Positions 47,162 to 56,738 of a stretch of 64,000 nucleotides of DNA are shown in pieces. How positions within the stretch are numbered: position 1 is the stretch's first letter; every line of letters starts with the position of its first letter. A model generated the notes under the pieces. It saw nothing but the letters and a program-made list of their open reading frames with translations, ran no database searches and was not told the DNA's origin. The stretch is from an uncultured Oleiphilus sp. (GTDB lineage: Bacteria; Pseudomonadota; Gammaproteobacteria; Pseudomonadales; Oleiphilaceae). The stretch lies in assembly GCA_913020245.1 (NCBI GenBank), contig CAJWAD010000002.1, forward strand, positions 2,788 through 66,787. Direction: 5' to 3'. Both the position numbers and the translations under genes were made by a program.

Positions 47162-47602
47162 TTACGTCCTAAAAGATTGGGCCTGCAACACTGGGACATC
47201 CTCTTGCTTTTGCGCTTTTTTTGTCATCGCTAGCACTAGCTCCGCTTCAGGACGCGATATCCCACAGGTATTCATCAGATCTTCGAGGCTCGCACCCAGA
47301 TTCACCAAGCGCGTTGCCTCTGTGTATGAAACTTGTGATGGAGCGTTCTTCTTCAAATCGTCTAATGTAGACGTTAACTTATTACTTTGAAATTCGAGCC
47401 GTTGTACTTTTCGACCCACACCATTCGCCGCATGGGTCATCCCGATTAATTCTTGCGACAAGCCCTCCACAAGCGTTTCAATTTGAGCAAGGCGATGCGC
47501 TTGCTGCTTACCTTCTTTATTCCGCAAAAATAAAGCGGATAGCAAAGCGAACACTGCAACCGCAGGCAAGATGTATACAGACAAAAAACTTAACGTATTC
47601 AT
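47162..47602 (-). CDS. DUF2802-like membrane-anchored protein of the chemotaxis cluster
   Basis: N-terminal TM, a coiled-coil middle part and a C-terminal helix-turn-helix-like ATRLVNLGASLEDLMNTCGISRPEAELV. It sits last in the che cluster, as in Pseudomonas/Vibrio. ATG at 47602 is preferred over TTG at 47614. Confidence 0.7.
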   Translation of the reverse strand: MNTLSFLSVYILPAVAVFALLSALFLRNKEGKQQAHRLAQIETLVEGLSQELIGMTHAANGVGRKVQRLEFQSNKLTSTLDDLKKNAPSQVSYTEATRLVNLGASLEDLMNTCGISRPEAELVLAMTKKAQKQEDVPVLQAQSFRT

Positions 47603-47623
47603 AAACAACCGCAATACCTATAT

Positions 47624-48112
47624 CTAAAAGTCGGACATTTCTGCCCATTCTTCTTCAGACAACATTTTCTCGAACTCAACTAAAATAATGAGTTCACCAC
47701 TTTTATTGCAGACGCCTTGAATAAAGCGCGCACTTTCTTCATTCCCAACATTTGGCGCCGTTTCTATTTCAGACTGACGTAGGTAAACCACTTCGGCAAC
47801 AGAATCGACGAGTACACCAACAACCTGACCCTCCAGTTCGAGAACCACAATGCGTGTATGATCGCTCACATCAGCCTGCATCAAGCCAAATCGTTTACGC
47901 GTGTCGATAACCGTTACAACATTGCCTCGCAAATTAATGATGCCGAGCACATAATCAGGCGCCCCAGGAACCGGAGCGATTTCGGTATACCGCAATACCT
48001 CTTGTATCTGCATCACGTTGATGCCGTAAGTCTCCTCTTCTAGACGAAAAGTGACATACTGTAGAATTTTATCTTCCGCAGCGTCGCTGCTATGAACTGT
48101 ATTGGCTGACAT
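47624..48112 (-). CDS. cheW: chemotaxis coupling protein CheW
   Basis: 162 aa. QYVTFRLEEETYGINVMQIQEV... is a canonical CheW domain. Confidence 0.95.
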   Translation of the reverse strand: MSANTVHSSDAAEDKILQYVTFRLEEETYGINVMQIQEVLRYTEIAPVPGAPDYVLGIINLRGNVVTVIDTRKRFGLMQADVSDHTRIVVLELEGQVVGVLVDSVAEVVYLRQSEIETAPNVGNEESARFIQGVCNKSGELIILVEFEKMLSEEEWAEMSDF

Positions 48113-48258
48113 TTACAACCCCAAATTATGTATGAGCAATCTTTCTTATTAATAGCTTTATTGAACGGATGCGCCAAAAAACTAACAATTACCCTTGTTA
48201 ATATAGTCTATCGCACAATCTATGCCAGCAATCTTTGAGCAAGCGCAACCGTCACCGC

Positions 48259-49317
48259 TTAATTATCAATATGTAAGCGATCTTGATCCAACAATACCGA
48301 CATCCGCTCGACGTCTAGAAGCGCGCACATATGTGACTTAAGGGTACCGGCTAGCCATGACCGTTTACCTTGTTTGGTGCGCCACTTGATTTCGTCTTGG
48401 TTAATCTTCATCGACTGCAACACCTTATCGCAGGCCAACGTCCAGTTGCTGTCGCCGAGGCGAATCAGAAACTGATAATCGTCTTGCCCGAGAGACTCGT
48501 GTTTATTTGGCATCACCCACGCTGACGTATCGACAACCTGCAAGTTACGCTCTCCAACGCGATACAAGCCCATAAACCAAGACGCGCGCCCAACGATTGG
48601 TGTAAAACCATGCTCGATCTTATGTATCGAGCCCAATGAAACAAGCGGAACGGCTAAGGTTAAACCTTTAACGGAAAATAACAGCGCTTCAAATTCAGCA
48701 TGATCACGAAACGCCGTCACGCGGCTATTCGGAGTCGGTGGTTCAGCTGAAATCGACTCTGCGGGCTCACTGCTCGACTCGATTACTTGAGCTTTGCGTA
48801 GCGGTCGTTCGTTCGCTGGGTCAATGGGTAATGTTGCATCAATTTCAGAGGCTTTCACCAAATCACTTTGTGTGAGCGCTTGTGATTCAGGTGTTTCCGT
48901 TGGCGCCATTTTAGGCATTAATGCCGGTATAACAACTGGCCTCTCTGCGAGCTCCGGCTGATAATCGACAGCCGCTATATTTCGACTGGCCGATGTTTTC
49001 ACATACGGTACAAGAGGAGACGAATACGCCGTGGAGCTATTCCCAAAACTTTTAACCTGATTTTGTGATTGGGTTGTTCGTTTGTTTTGCGAAGGGTCAG
49101 ACACAAACATCGATGCATTATCAATCGCTTTAATCGACTCGTTCGATTCGCTTAATACTTCAGCAGAACGGTCCATTTCAGGCGTCGTGTCCGAAAAACA
49201 GCTATCAAAATAATCGGACAAGATATCAATCGTGGCTTGTTTTTTCTGCTCAGCGGTTCGGGACGACAAAGGTCGCTTTGAATTAGCCACAGGCTTCGTC
49301 TCCATCAAAAACCACAT
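48259..49317 (-). CDS. parP: CheW-domain protein with long disordered N-terminal region (ParP-like)
   Basis: 352 aa. Ser/Pro/Gln-rich N-terminal 200 aa plus a C-terminal CheW-like domain (ALLFSVKGLTLAVPLVSL...). Directly downstream of the ParA-like gene. Start uncertain (49317 or 49305). Confidence 0.7.
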   Translation of the reverse strand: MWFLMETKPVANSKRPLSSRTAEQKKQATIDILSDYFDSCFSDTTPEMDRSAEVLSESNESIKAIDNASMFVSDPSQNKRTTQSQNQVKSFGNSSTAYSSPLVPYVKTSASRNIAAVDYQPELAERPVVIPALMPKMAPTETPESQALTQSDLVKASEIDATLPIDPANERPLRKAQVIESSSEPAESISAEPPTPNSRVTAFRDHAEFEALLFSVKGLTLAVPLVSLGSIHKIEHGFTPIVGRASWFMGLYRVGERNLQVVDTSAWVMPNKHESLGQDDYQFLIRLGDSNWTLACDKVLQSMKINQDEIKWRTKQGKRSWLAGTLKSHMCALLDVERMSVLLDQDRLHIDN

Positions 49318-49383
49318 GGCATAATAACATTCGCATAAATGACGAACCTGCTAAAGCTATTTGCATCGCTAAGCCTTAGAGTA

Positions 49384-50166
49384 CTAAAGCCCGTTGGGCG
49401 ATTTCTCTTTAAGTGTTTCCAATAATTTACGATATGCGCGAACACCATGTGTCGAATTGTCCAATGCAGAGGGGACCAATCCAGCCATACTCGCATCTCG
49501 GAATTTAGTATCAACAGGTATTGCGTATCGCCAAACTTCATCACCCCATGTTTGTTTAATCGTACGTAAGCTCTGCGCGGAGGCCTGCGTGCGGCGATCA
49601 AACATTGTCGGCAAAATCATATGTTGAAGGTTACTTTTTTGCGACCTGATCACCATACCTAAGGTATGCATCATACGCTCAAGACCTTTAATCGCTAAAA
49701 ATTCTGTTTGCACCGGTACCACGAGCTGCTGGCTGGCCGCCAAGGCGTTTATCATCAAAACGCCAAGCGACGGTGAATTATCAATGAGCACGTAGTCATA
49801 TTGATCCCAAAGCATCGCCAACGCTTTAGAGATAATGAGCCCCATGCCATCGACCCCCACCATTCGGCGCTCAAGTGTCGCTAAAGCGGTCGATGCGGGC
49901 AACAAATCTAAACCCTGGCAAGACGTTGAGGTTATCAGTTGCTCAGGCAAGCCATCAGGCACTTTGCCTTGATGCATGAACAAGTCAAAAGCACTTTGTT
50001 CAATGGAATCTGGGTCATACTTAAAATAACTAGTCAATGAGCCGTGCGGATCAAGATCCATGATCAGTACACGTTTCCCTTCTTTTGCGAGCAAGCCGCC
50101 TAATGACACGACACTCGTGGTTTTGCCAACCCCGCCTTTTTGATTCGCGATTGCCCAGATACGCAC
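49384..50166 (-). CDS. parC: ParA/MinD-family ATPase of the chemotaxis cluster (ParC-like)
   Basis: GTG start with GGGAG upstream. IWAIANQKGGVGKTT is the deviant Walker A. 260 aa. Confidence 0.8.
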   Translation of the reverse strand: MRIWAIANQKGGVGKTTSVVSLGGLLAKEGKRVLIMDLDPHGSLTSYFKYDPDSIEQSAFDLFMHQGKVPDGLPEQLITSTSCQGLDLLPASTALATLERRMVGVDGMGLIISKALAMLWDQYDYVLIDNSPSLGVLMINALAASQQLVVPVQTEFLAIKGLERMMHTLGMVIRSQKSNLQHMILPTMFDRRTQASAQSLRTIKQTWGDEVWRYAIPVDTKFRDASMAGLVPSALDNSTHGVRAYRKLLETLKEKSPNGL

Positions 50167-50436
50167 GTTGTAAGAACTCCCGTTTATATTCTATTCAATT
50201 TAGCCGTCTAATTAGGCGGCAAATCATAGCACTAAGACCACAAAAAAGGGCCTTAAACCAGATAACAATTGCCGATTAATTGACGTTTTTCAGTGTAAAT
50301 GCATATGGTGTGCCATTCTGTAACGGATCTAACCGCCAGCAATAAAATGAAACTTACTCTGTCAAAGCGGACGTTTTAACGGAAGAGCGGCGTGTCGGAT
50401 TATGAAAGGATTAGAAAGACAGTTGTGATCAAGCTA

Positions 50437-51219
50437 CTAATTTAGCAAAGCCTGGTGTACATCGGTGGTACGGGAAATCAGTAACACGATGCGTCGGTTT
50501 TTTGTTCGTCCAGCAGGGGTATCGTTTCGTGCCAATGGACGAAACTCACCAAACCCTGCTGCTACCATTCTCGGCTCTTCTATCCCTTCTATCGCGAGGT
50601 ATTGAACAAAGGTCGCGGCGCGTGCCGCAGACAGCTCCCAATTTGATTGATATTTCTCACTGCGGATCGGGAAATTATCGGTATGGCCTTCAACTAAAAT
50701 ACCGTTCTTGTGATCACGCAAAACTCTCGCAATAGTCTGAATAATGGGGAATGCATTGTCCGCAGGCTCCACTCCACCACTTTGAAAAATAACTTGATCC
50801 TTGAGGGATACCTCCAACCATTCATCCAAAAGCTGAACCTCTACTTGATCGTCAAAAACCAAGTCATTAAAACTCTCGGAAAATTCACCCGCTATTTGTT
50901 CCAACACATCATCTGGTTCCGGTTTACGCTTTTCGTTAATTTCTTCTGGGCTGGTCGGTATCGGTCGTATCAATTCATCTCCCTCCAGCGGATACTCCGC
51001 TCGAGCCGCCTCATCGCCCACTTGAATAGGTTTCATGGTCGTTTGACGCACGTTAAAAATTCCTTCGAGCGTTTCGGACAAGACTTTATATTTGCCTTCA
51101 TTTACAGAAGAAATTGAATACATGACGACAAAGAAGGCAAACAACAAGGTTATGAAATCTGCATAAGAAACAAGCCAGCGGTCACGATGCGATTCTTCTT
51201 GAATTTTTCTGCGCAACAT
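50437..51219 (-). CDS. motD: flagellar stator protein MotB/MotD (OmpA-like C-terminus)
   Basis: WLVSYADFITLLFAFFVVMY (conserved Asp in the TM) and a C-terminal peptidoglycan-binding domain (N..LS..RA......NRRIV). Confidence 0.9.
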   Translation of the reverse strand: MLRRKIQEESHRDRWLVSYADFITLLFAFFVVMYSISSVNEGKYKVLSETLEGIFNVRQTTMKPIQVGDEAARAEYPLEGDELIRPIPTSPEEINEKRKPEPDDVLEQIAGEFSESFNDLVFDDQVEVQLLDEWLEVSLKDQVIFQSGGVEPADNAFPIIQTIARVLRDHKNGILVEGHTDNFPIRSEKYQSNWELSAARAATFVQYLAIEGIEEPRMVAAGFGEFRPLARNDTPAGRTKNRRIVLLISRTTDVHQALLN

Positions 51220-51239
51220 AACACGGCCTCGTTTTAAAA

Positions 51240-51995
51240 CTAATTACCCGGTTGAGCGAGCAGGTAACCATTCAATTTCATTTCTAAAGCCCGCGGGTTT
51301 TCGCCTTCGGCAATCGAAATCACACCATCAATCATCATCTCATGATACAGCGCGCGATTAGCGATAATCGCTCTTAACTTACCTGCAACCGGAAATAACA
51401 AGAGGTTTGCCAAGGCCACACCATAAATGGTCGCAACAAATGCCGTCGCGATCCCCTGGCCCAAAGAGGAGGGGTCTGCGAGATTGGTCATAACATGAAT
51501 TAAACCCATAACCGCGCCGATAATACCAATGGTCGGCGAATAGCCACCCATGTTTTCATAAATTCTGGCGCCATTGAGATCCCAGTGTTCTCGTGACAAA
51601 AGTTCAACATCCAAGACACTTTTGATCGATTCAGGCTCCGACCCGTCTACTAATAACGCAAGCGCTTTACTACAAAATGGATCCGCTTCTTTCTCAGCTA
51701 TTTTTTCGAGACCCAACAAGCCTTCTTTTCGCGCACGCATGCTCCAACCCACAACTTTTTCAACGCCATCTTCAAGCGAAACAAAGGGCGGTGAAAATAT
51801 CCAACCAAACATGCGAAACCCGTGCTTTAGGGTTGCGAGCGGGGTTTGAATAAGAATAGCGGCAAACGTGCCACCAATGACAATAAGTGCTGCAGGCCCA
51901 TTCATGAGCGAGGCAACGACCCCACCCTCTACAGCGTTACCGCCCACAATGGCCAGTATGCCTAGTAATAGGCCGACAATACTTAAATAGTCCAT
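51240..51995 (-). CDS. motC: flagellar stator protein MotA/MotC
   Basis: 251 aa with the 4-TM MotA/PomA profile. Adjacent to motD. Confidence 0.9.
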   Translation of the reverse strand: MDYLSIVGLLLGILAIVGGNAVEGGVVASLMNGPAALIVIGGTFAAILIQTPLATLKHGFRMFGWIFSPPFVSLEDGVEKVVGWSMRARKEGLLGLEKIAEKEADPFCSKALALLVDGSEPESIKSVLDVELLSREHWDLNGARIYENMGGYSPTIGIIGAVMGLIHVMTNLADPSSLGQGIATAFVATIYGVALANLLLFPVAGKLRAIIANRALYHEMMIDGVISIAEGENPRALEMKLNGYLLAQPGN

Positions 51996-53170
51996 CAGCT
52001 AAACTCGTTTATTATTCTTTCCGAAAATTCATCAATATCTAGACGTTCGTCCGAGTAACCTGCTTTATCGACCGCTTGCGGCATGCCATACACAACACAA
52101 GTCGCCTCGGTCTGGGTCCAAACTCTCGAACCTGAGGATTTCAATAGACGGCTTCCCTCGCGACCATCCGCACCCATGCCAGTTAATACGATCGCCAATG
52201 CCTTCCCCGCAAAACTTTTGGCGACTGAACCAAACGTCACATCAACAGAGGGCTTGTAGGTTAAGCGTTCATCCCCCTCGTGAATCATAATTCGCTTCCG
52301 CCCGGCGCGATCATTAATTAGCATTTGTTTCCCGCCTGGCGCCAAGTACACATTGCCTGGCAACACGTCCTCACCGTCATCAGCTTGCTTAACGCGCAAC
52401 GCACTTAAACCATCTAAGCGTTCAGCGAAGGCTGGGGTAAATGTGGCCGGCATATGTTGAATTAGCAAAATCGGTACCGGAAAGTTAGCAGGCAAGGTCG
52501 AAATGACTTTTTGCAGCGCAACGGGGCCCCCTGTAGAGGTACCAATCGCCACAATATCGCACCCCGCGGGCTTTCTCAGATGCGCACGTGTTCGATTAAT
52601 TGGCTTAATTGACTTCGCTTGAGGGGATTCTAATGATGATCGAGTTGCTAACCTGGATGCTGAACTAGGGCTAAGGTTTGCCGCTGACCGTCCTAATTTA
52701 GCTGGTTGTTCTCGCCTCTCATTTGCGTGGCTTGACGGTATCATCTTACGTCTTAATTGAGATCGTCGCGGCGAGCTTTTCGAGATCGCTAAGATACGAG
52801 ATTTTAAGACATCCTGCATCTTGCTCGCATCACGAGCAATGTCTTCGAAGTTTTTGGGTAAAAAGTCCATCGCACCCGCTTCGAGCGCATCTAGAGTGAC
52901 TCTAGCACCTTCGTATGTAAGCGAAGAAAACATTAAAATCGCGCTAGGACTTTCTGCCATAATTCGACGGACAGCAGTTAGCCCGTCCATGACTGGCATT
53001 TCGTAATCCATCGTGATGACATCAGGCGCCAGCGATTTCGCTTTTTCGACGGCTTCTAAACCATTTGATGCCGTGCCGATTACCTCAATAGAGGGGACAC
53101 TCGATAGGATATCGGTTACACGCTTACGAAAAAAAGCTGAATCATCAACTATCAGAACCCTTACACTCAT
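51995..53170 (-). CDS. cheB: protein-glutamate methylesterase CheB
   Basis: Receiver domain (RVLIVDDSAFFR..., MDYEMPVMDG) plus a methylesterase domain (AIGTSTGGP, HM...F). There is a longer-than-usual linker. Confidence 0.95.
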   Translation of the reverse strand: MSVRVLIVDDSAFFRKRVTDILSSVPSIEVIGTASNGLEAVEKAKSLAPDVITMDYEMPVMDGLTAVRRIMAESPSAILMFSSLTYEGARVTLDALEAGAMDFLPKNFEDIARDASKMQDVLKSRILAISKSSPRRSQLRRKMIPSSHANERREQPAKLGRSAANLSPSSASRLATRSSLESPQAKSIKPINRTRAHLRKPAGCDIVAIGTSTGGPVALQKVISTLPANFPVPILLIQHMPATFTPAFAERLDGLSALRVKQADDGEDVLPGNVYLAPGGKQMLINDRAGRKRIMIHEGDERLTYKPSVDVTFGSVAKSFAGKALAIVLTGMGADGREGSRLLKSSGSRVWTQTEATCVVYGMPQAVDKAGYSDERLDIDEFSERIINEFS

Positions 53171-53218
53171 CGAACTAACGAACCTCCGTCGTTAAATATT
53201 TACTGCCTTTGCTTCTAA

Positions 53219-55366
53219 CTACGCGTAGCGTTGCAGTAAACTCGGAATATCGAGAATAAGCGCAATTCGTCCATCGCCAGTAATCGTTGCACCTGCCATA
53301 CCTGCCGTGCCGTGCAACATGCCCCCCAAAGGTTTAATCACCACTTCTTCTTGACCCACCAACTGATCAACAATAAAACCAACTCGCTGCGTGCCAACGG
53401 CCACAATCACAACGTGAGCCGCTTCAGTTTCAGGCCCGTAATCTTTTACTAGCCAACGTTTAATGTGGAATAAAGGGTAAACATTTTCCCTAACCACAAT
53501 ACATTCTTGACCATCTACGACGTTTGTTTTTGTCAGGTCCAAGTGAAAAATCTCCACCACACTTACGAGTGGAAAAGCAAAAGACTGCTGCTCAAGCTTC
53601 ACCATAAGCGTCGGCATGATCGCAAGCGTCAGCGGAACTTTGATCGTTAAGGTGGACCCGACGCCCAGCTCGGAATCGATATTGACCGTACCGTTGAGCT
53701 GAGTGATTTTAGTCTTCACAACGTCCATGCCCACACCCCGACCTGAAACGTCTGAAATTTCATCTTTGGTGGAGAAACCGGGTGCAAAAATCAAATTAAA
53801 GCATTCATTGTCTGATAAACGCTCTGCAGCGTCATGGTCATACAATCCCTTCTCCACCGCCTTTCTGCGCAACACATTCGGATCCATGCCAGCGCCATCA
53901 TCACGAATAAGAAGCAAAATATGATCACCTTCTTGTTGTGCAGATAAAATAACTTCACCGGCACGCGCTTTTCCGTTTGCTTCGCGTATTTCAGGAATTT
54001 CGATACCGTGATCGACGGCATTGCGAACTAAATGCACCAAAGGATCTGAGAGAGCCTCAACTAAGTTCTTGTCTAAATCCGTCTCTTCACCTTGAAGCAC
54101 TAACTTAACTTCTTTCTCTAAATTACGCGCCAAATCACGCACCACGCGCGGGAAACGGCCGAATACCTTTTTAATCGGTTGCATGCGAGTTTTCATCACG
54201 GCTGACTGCAGATCACCCGTCACGACATCAAGGTTAGAGACCGCCTTCTGCAACGGTTCGTTCTGACTGCCATCGCCTAAACGCTTCAAACGGTTGCGCA
54301 CCAAGACCAGCTCGCCCACCATATTCATAATGTCATCGAGACGCTTGGTGTCGACCCGGACGGTCGTTTCAGTGACAATTGATTCGGACTTAGGTTTAGG
54401 CTTAGGCTTAAACGTCGCAGCCGGTTTTTGCTTGCTGGGCTGCGTTTGGGGCGTTGCAGAGGTCGTTGTGACCATACTAACGGGCTTAACGCTGGACGTT
54501 GAGCCATCAGTCGATGCGGTTGGGCTGTTACCCGCACCATGCAAGGAATCTAGCAAGTCCTCGAATTCGTTGTCGGAAATCAGGTCTGAGTTGGGCGCTT
54601 CTTTTGCATTCGACTGGTTGGGCTCGGTACGTTCGGCTGCACCTAGATTACCGGAATCAAAACTACCTTCACCATGCAAATCGTCCAGTAATTTTTCAAA
54701 CTCGTCATCGGTTATTTGATCATTTTGTACAGCGCTTTTGGCGCTAGCCGGCGGCGATGAGACGGCAGGCGAATTAGACGCCGGACTATCCAATGCATCC
54801 AACAACTGCTCAAACTCATCGTCGGTAATATCACCATTTGCTGACGCAATTTGGCTAACAATATCTTCTCGCTGCTCGGACGACATCGAGTGCTCATCAA
54901 CGGCTACTGTGCTTTCTGTAGACGAAACCGTTTGGGTAGACTCAACGAGCTCATTTTCCGCGCCTGACGCAGCCACCTCCTCACAAGCAAATCGTTCTAA
55001 ATCTTTCAGTAATACGGGGTCAGCTGGACTCGGATCATTCCCTGCTCGCACCTCTTCAAACATGCTATTCACGCTATCAAGGGCACGTAAGACGACATCC
55101 ATGAGGTCGGCGTCGACAGAGCGTTTTCCATTACGCAGAATATCGAAGACGTTTTCAGCGACGTGACAACAATCAACGAGTGCGTCTAATTGTAAAAAAC
55201 CTGCACCGCCCTTAACCGTATGAAAACCACGAAAAATTGCGTTTAAAAGGTCATGATCGTGCGGGTTTTGCTCAAGCTCCACAAGCTGCTCAGATAGAAG
55301 TTCAAGTATTTCACCCGACTCTACAAGGAAGTCTTGTAAAATCTCTTCATCTGCAACAAACGCCAT
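53219..55366 (-). CDS. cheA: chemotaxis histidine kinase CheA
   Basis: P1 Hpt (FRGFHTVKGGAGF), dimerisation domain, HATPase (HLVRNAVDHGIE, DDGAGMD, GRGVGMD) and a CheW-like P5 domain. Confidence 0.95.
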   Translation of the reverse strand: MAFVADEEILQDFLVESGEILELLSEQLVELEQNPHDHDLLNAIFRGFHTVKGGAGFLQLDALVDCCHVAENVFDILRNGKRSVDADLMDVVLRALDSVNSMFEEVRAGNDPSPADPVLLKDLERFACEEVAASGAENELVESTQTVSSTESTVAVDEHSMSSEQREDIVSQIASANGDITDDEFEQLLDALDSPASNSPAVSSPPASAKSAVQNDQITDDEFEKLLDDLHGEGSFDSGNLGAAERTEPNQSNAKEAPNSDLISDNEFEDLLDSLHGAGNSPTASTDGSTSSVKPVSMVTTTSATPQTQPSKQKPAATFKPKPKPKSESIVTETTVRVDTKRLDDIMNMVGELVLVRNRLKRLGDGSQNEPLQKAVSNLDVVTGDLQSAVMKTRMQPIKKVFGRFPRVVRDLARNLEKEVKLVLQGEETDLDKNLVEALSDPLVHLVRNAVDHGIEIPEIREANGKARAGEVILSAQQEGDHILLLIRDDGAGMDPNVLRRKAVEKGLYDHDAAERLSDNECFNLIFAPGFSTKDEISDVSGRGVGMDVVKTKITQLNGTVNIDSELGVGSTLTIKVPLTLAIMPTLMVKLEQQSFAFPLVSVVEIFHLDLTKTNVVDGQECIVVRENVYPLFHIKRWLVKDYGPETEAAHVVIVAVGTQRVGFIVDQLVGQEEVVIKPLGGMLHGTAGMAGATITGDGRIALILDIPSLLQRYA

Positions 55367-55376
55367 GGATAAATCC

Positions 55377-56153
55377 TCAGAAGCCTAGGCTAGATAACAA
55401 ATCATCTACGTCATCTTGACCGCTCACAACGTCTTCGCGCTGCGCTGCATTCATTTGCGGCCCTTCTCCCTCAATACCATTTTCTACCTCTGCAAGGTCA
55501 TGCACAGTTCCGGTAATCGCATCGACCGAGCCGGCCATCCTTACTAGGTTAACGAGGTTTTCTTCAACATCTTTAACTAAACTTGTCACCCGATTAATTA
55601 CCTGGCCAGTAAGATCCTGAAAATCTTGCGTTAACAAAATTGCAGACAAGTTTTCATGCACTTTGCCTGAATCTTTGGTTAGCGCCTCTAAAAACGTATC
55701 GATACGCGTCGTTAACTTACGAAACTCGCCGGGCGTCATTTCTTTACGTCGAAGACGATCCCATTCTTGCTTTAGGCTTTGCGCTTCATTTTTCATTTGC
55801 GCAGCAAATGGCATTGTTTCTTCGACCAAATCCAGCGTTTTATTAGCCGCTTTATTGGTCATTTCCACCACATAAGCAAGCCGGTCAGACGCATCCTCTA
55901 TTTTTGATAGCTCCTCGGTTGTTGAACCGCTCGTGTCAATCTGAAAGTTTCGAATTGATTCGTGCAAACTGCGGGTTAATAAACCCACTTCTAAATAAAG
56001 GCGAGTATCGCGCGCATTGTTTAACTCAGAGATAACTTCCAACGCTCCAGCGACATCACCATCATCAACCAGAGATTTCAATTTACTAGACTGAACCTTT
56101 AACGAGTTTTCAAATTCGTCAAAACTTCCGCCCATTTCTTTACTGTTTGTCAT
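55377..56153 (-). CDS. cheZ: CheY-P phosphatase CheZ
   Basis: 258 aa. QDFQDLTGQVI active-site region and an acidic C-terminal peptide DDVDDLLSSLGF. Confidence 0.9.
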   Translation of the reverse strand: MTNSKEMGGSFDEFENSLKVQSSKLKSLVDDGDVAGALEVISELNNARDTRLYLEVGLLTRSLHESIRNFQIDTSGSTTEELSKIEDASDRLAYVVEMTNKAANKTLDLVEETMPFAAQMKNEAQSLKQEWDRLRRKEMTPGEFRKLTTRIDTFLEALTKDSGKVHENLSAILLTQDFQDLTGQVINRVTSLVKDVEENLVNLVRMAGSVDAITGTVHDLAEVENGIEGEGPQMNAAQREDVVSGQDDVDDLLSSLGF

Positions 56154-56194
56154 AGGTAAGGGATTGCCTGTTGTTAGCGAATATTTTGAAGGAG

Positions 56195-56596
56195 TTAAGA
56201 ATCAATTCGCTCAAATATTTTTTCTATTTTTTCTTTCAACACCGCCGCAGTAAAAGGTTTGACTACATAGCCATTTACGCCAGCTTGCGCAGCCGCAACG
56301 ATTTGATCGCGCTTTGCTTCGGCAGTAACCATGAGGACCGGGAGCGTTTTTAGACTATCGTCCGCTCTAACTGTCTTCAAAAGATCAATACCAGTCATCC
56401 CAGGCATATTCCAGTCGGTTACCAGAAAATCATACTTTCCAGTTTTCAGCATAGGTAATGCGGTACTGCCATCATCTGCTTCGTCAGTGTTAGTAAAACC
56501 AAGATCTCGCAACAGGTTTTTAATTATTCGTCTCATGGTAGAAAAGTCGTCTACCACAAGGATTTTCATATCTTTATTCAAATCGACCTCCATCAC
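56195..56596 (-). CDS. cheY: chemotaxis response regulator CheY
   Basis: [19 protein letters not shown]...DWNMPGM...TAEAK. Start uncertain: the TTG after GGAGG would give MNKDMKIL. Confidence 0.95.
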   Translation of the reverse strand: MMEVDLNKDMKILVVDDFSTMRRIIKNLLRDLGFTNTDEADDGSTALPMLKTGKYDFLVTDWNMPGMTGIDLLKTVRADDSLKTLPVLMVTAEAKRDQIVAAAQAGVNGYVVKPFTAAVLKEKIEKIFERIDS

Positions 56597-56738
56597 GTCG
56601 AAACCTGTACTAGCGTTCCAAACTTCATCCTACAGTCTAGCCCTTGTTAGTTATCTAGCCAGCTTTTTTTTCTAAAGTTACGTTATCTGTATGAAACCTA
56701 AAATCATGCCATTTGACATATGCTTTACTCGGCTTAGA

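Noticed and set aside
48213-48228. Sigma54-like element CTGGCATAGATTGTGC upstream of cheW (minus strand).
   Set aside because: It has correct GG-N10-GC spacing and a good -24 TGGCA. However, the -12 is GTGC rather than TTGC. Late che genes are usually sigma28-dependent in polar-flagellum systems. A single match by eye is not sufficient.
49305-49601. 98-aa minus-strand ORF overlapping the 3' part of parC and the parC-parP gap.
   Set aside because: It is an alternative frame of the ParA-like gene region, with no SD or motif.
56597-56738. Sigma28 (FliA) promoter upstream of cheY (GCCGAGTAA and GCTAGATAA look like -10 GCCGATAA).
   Set aside because: There is no TAAAG-type -35 at the required ~15-nt spacing for either candidate.
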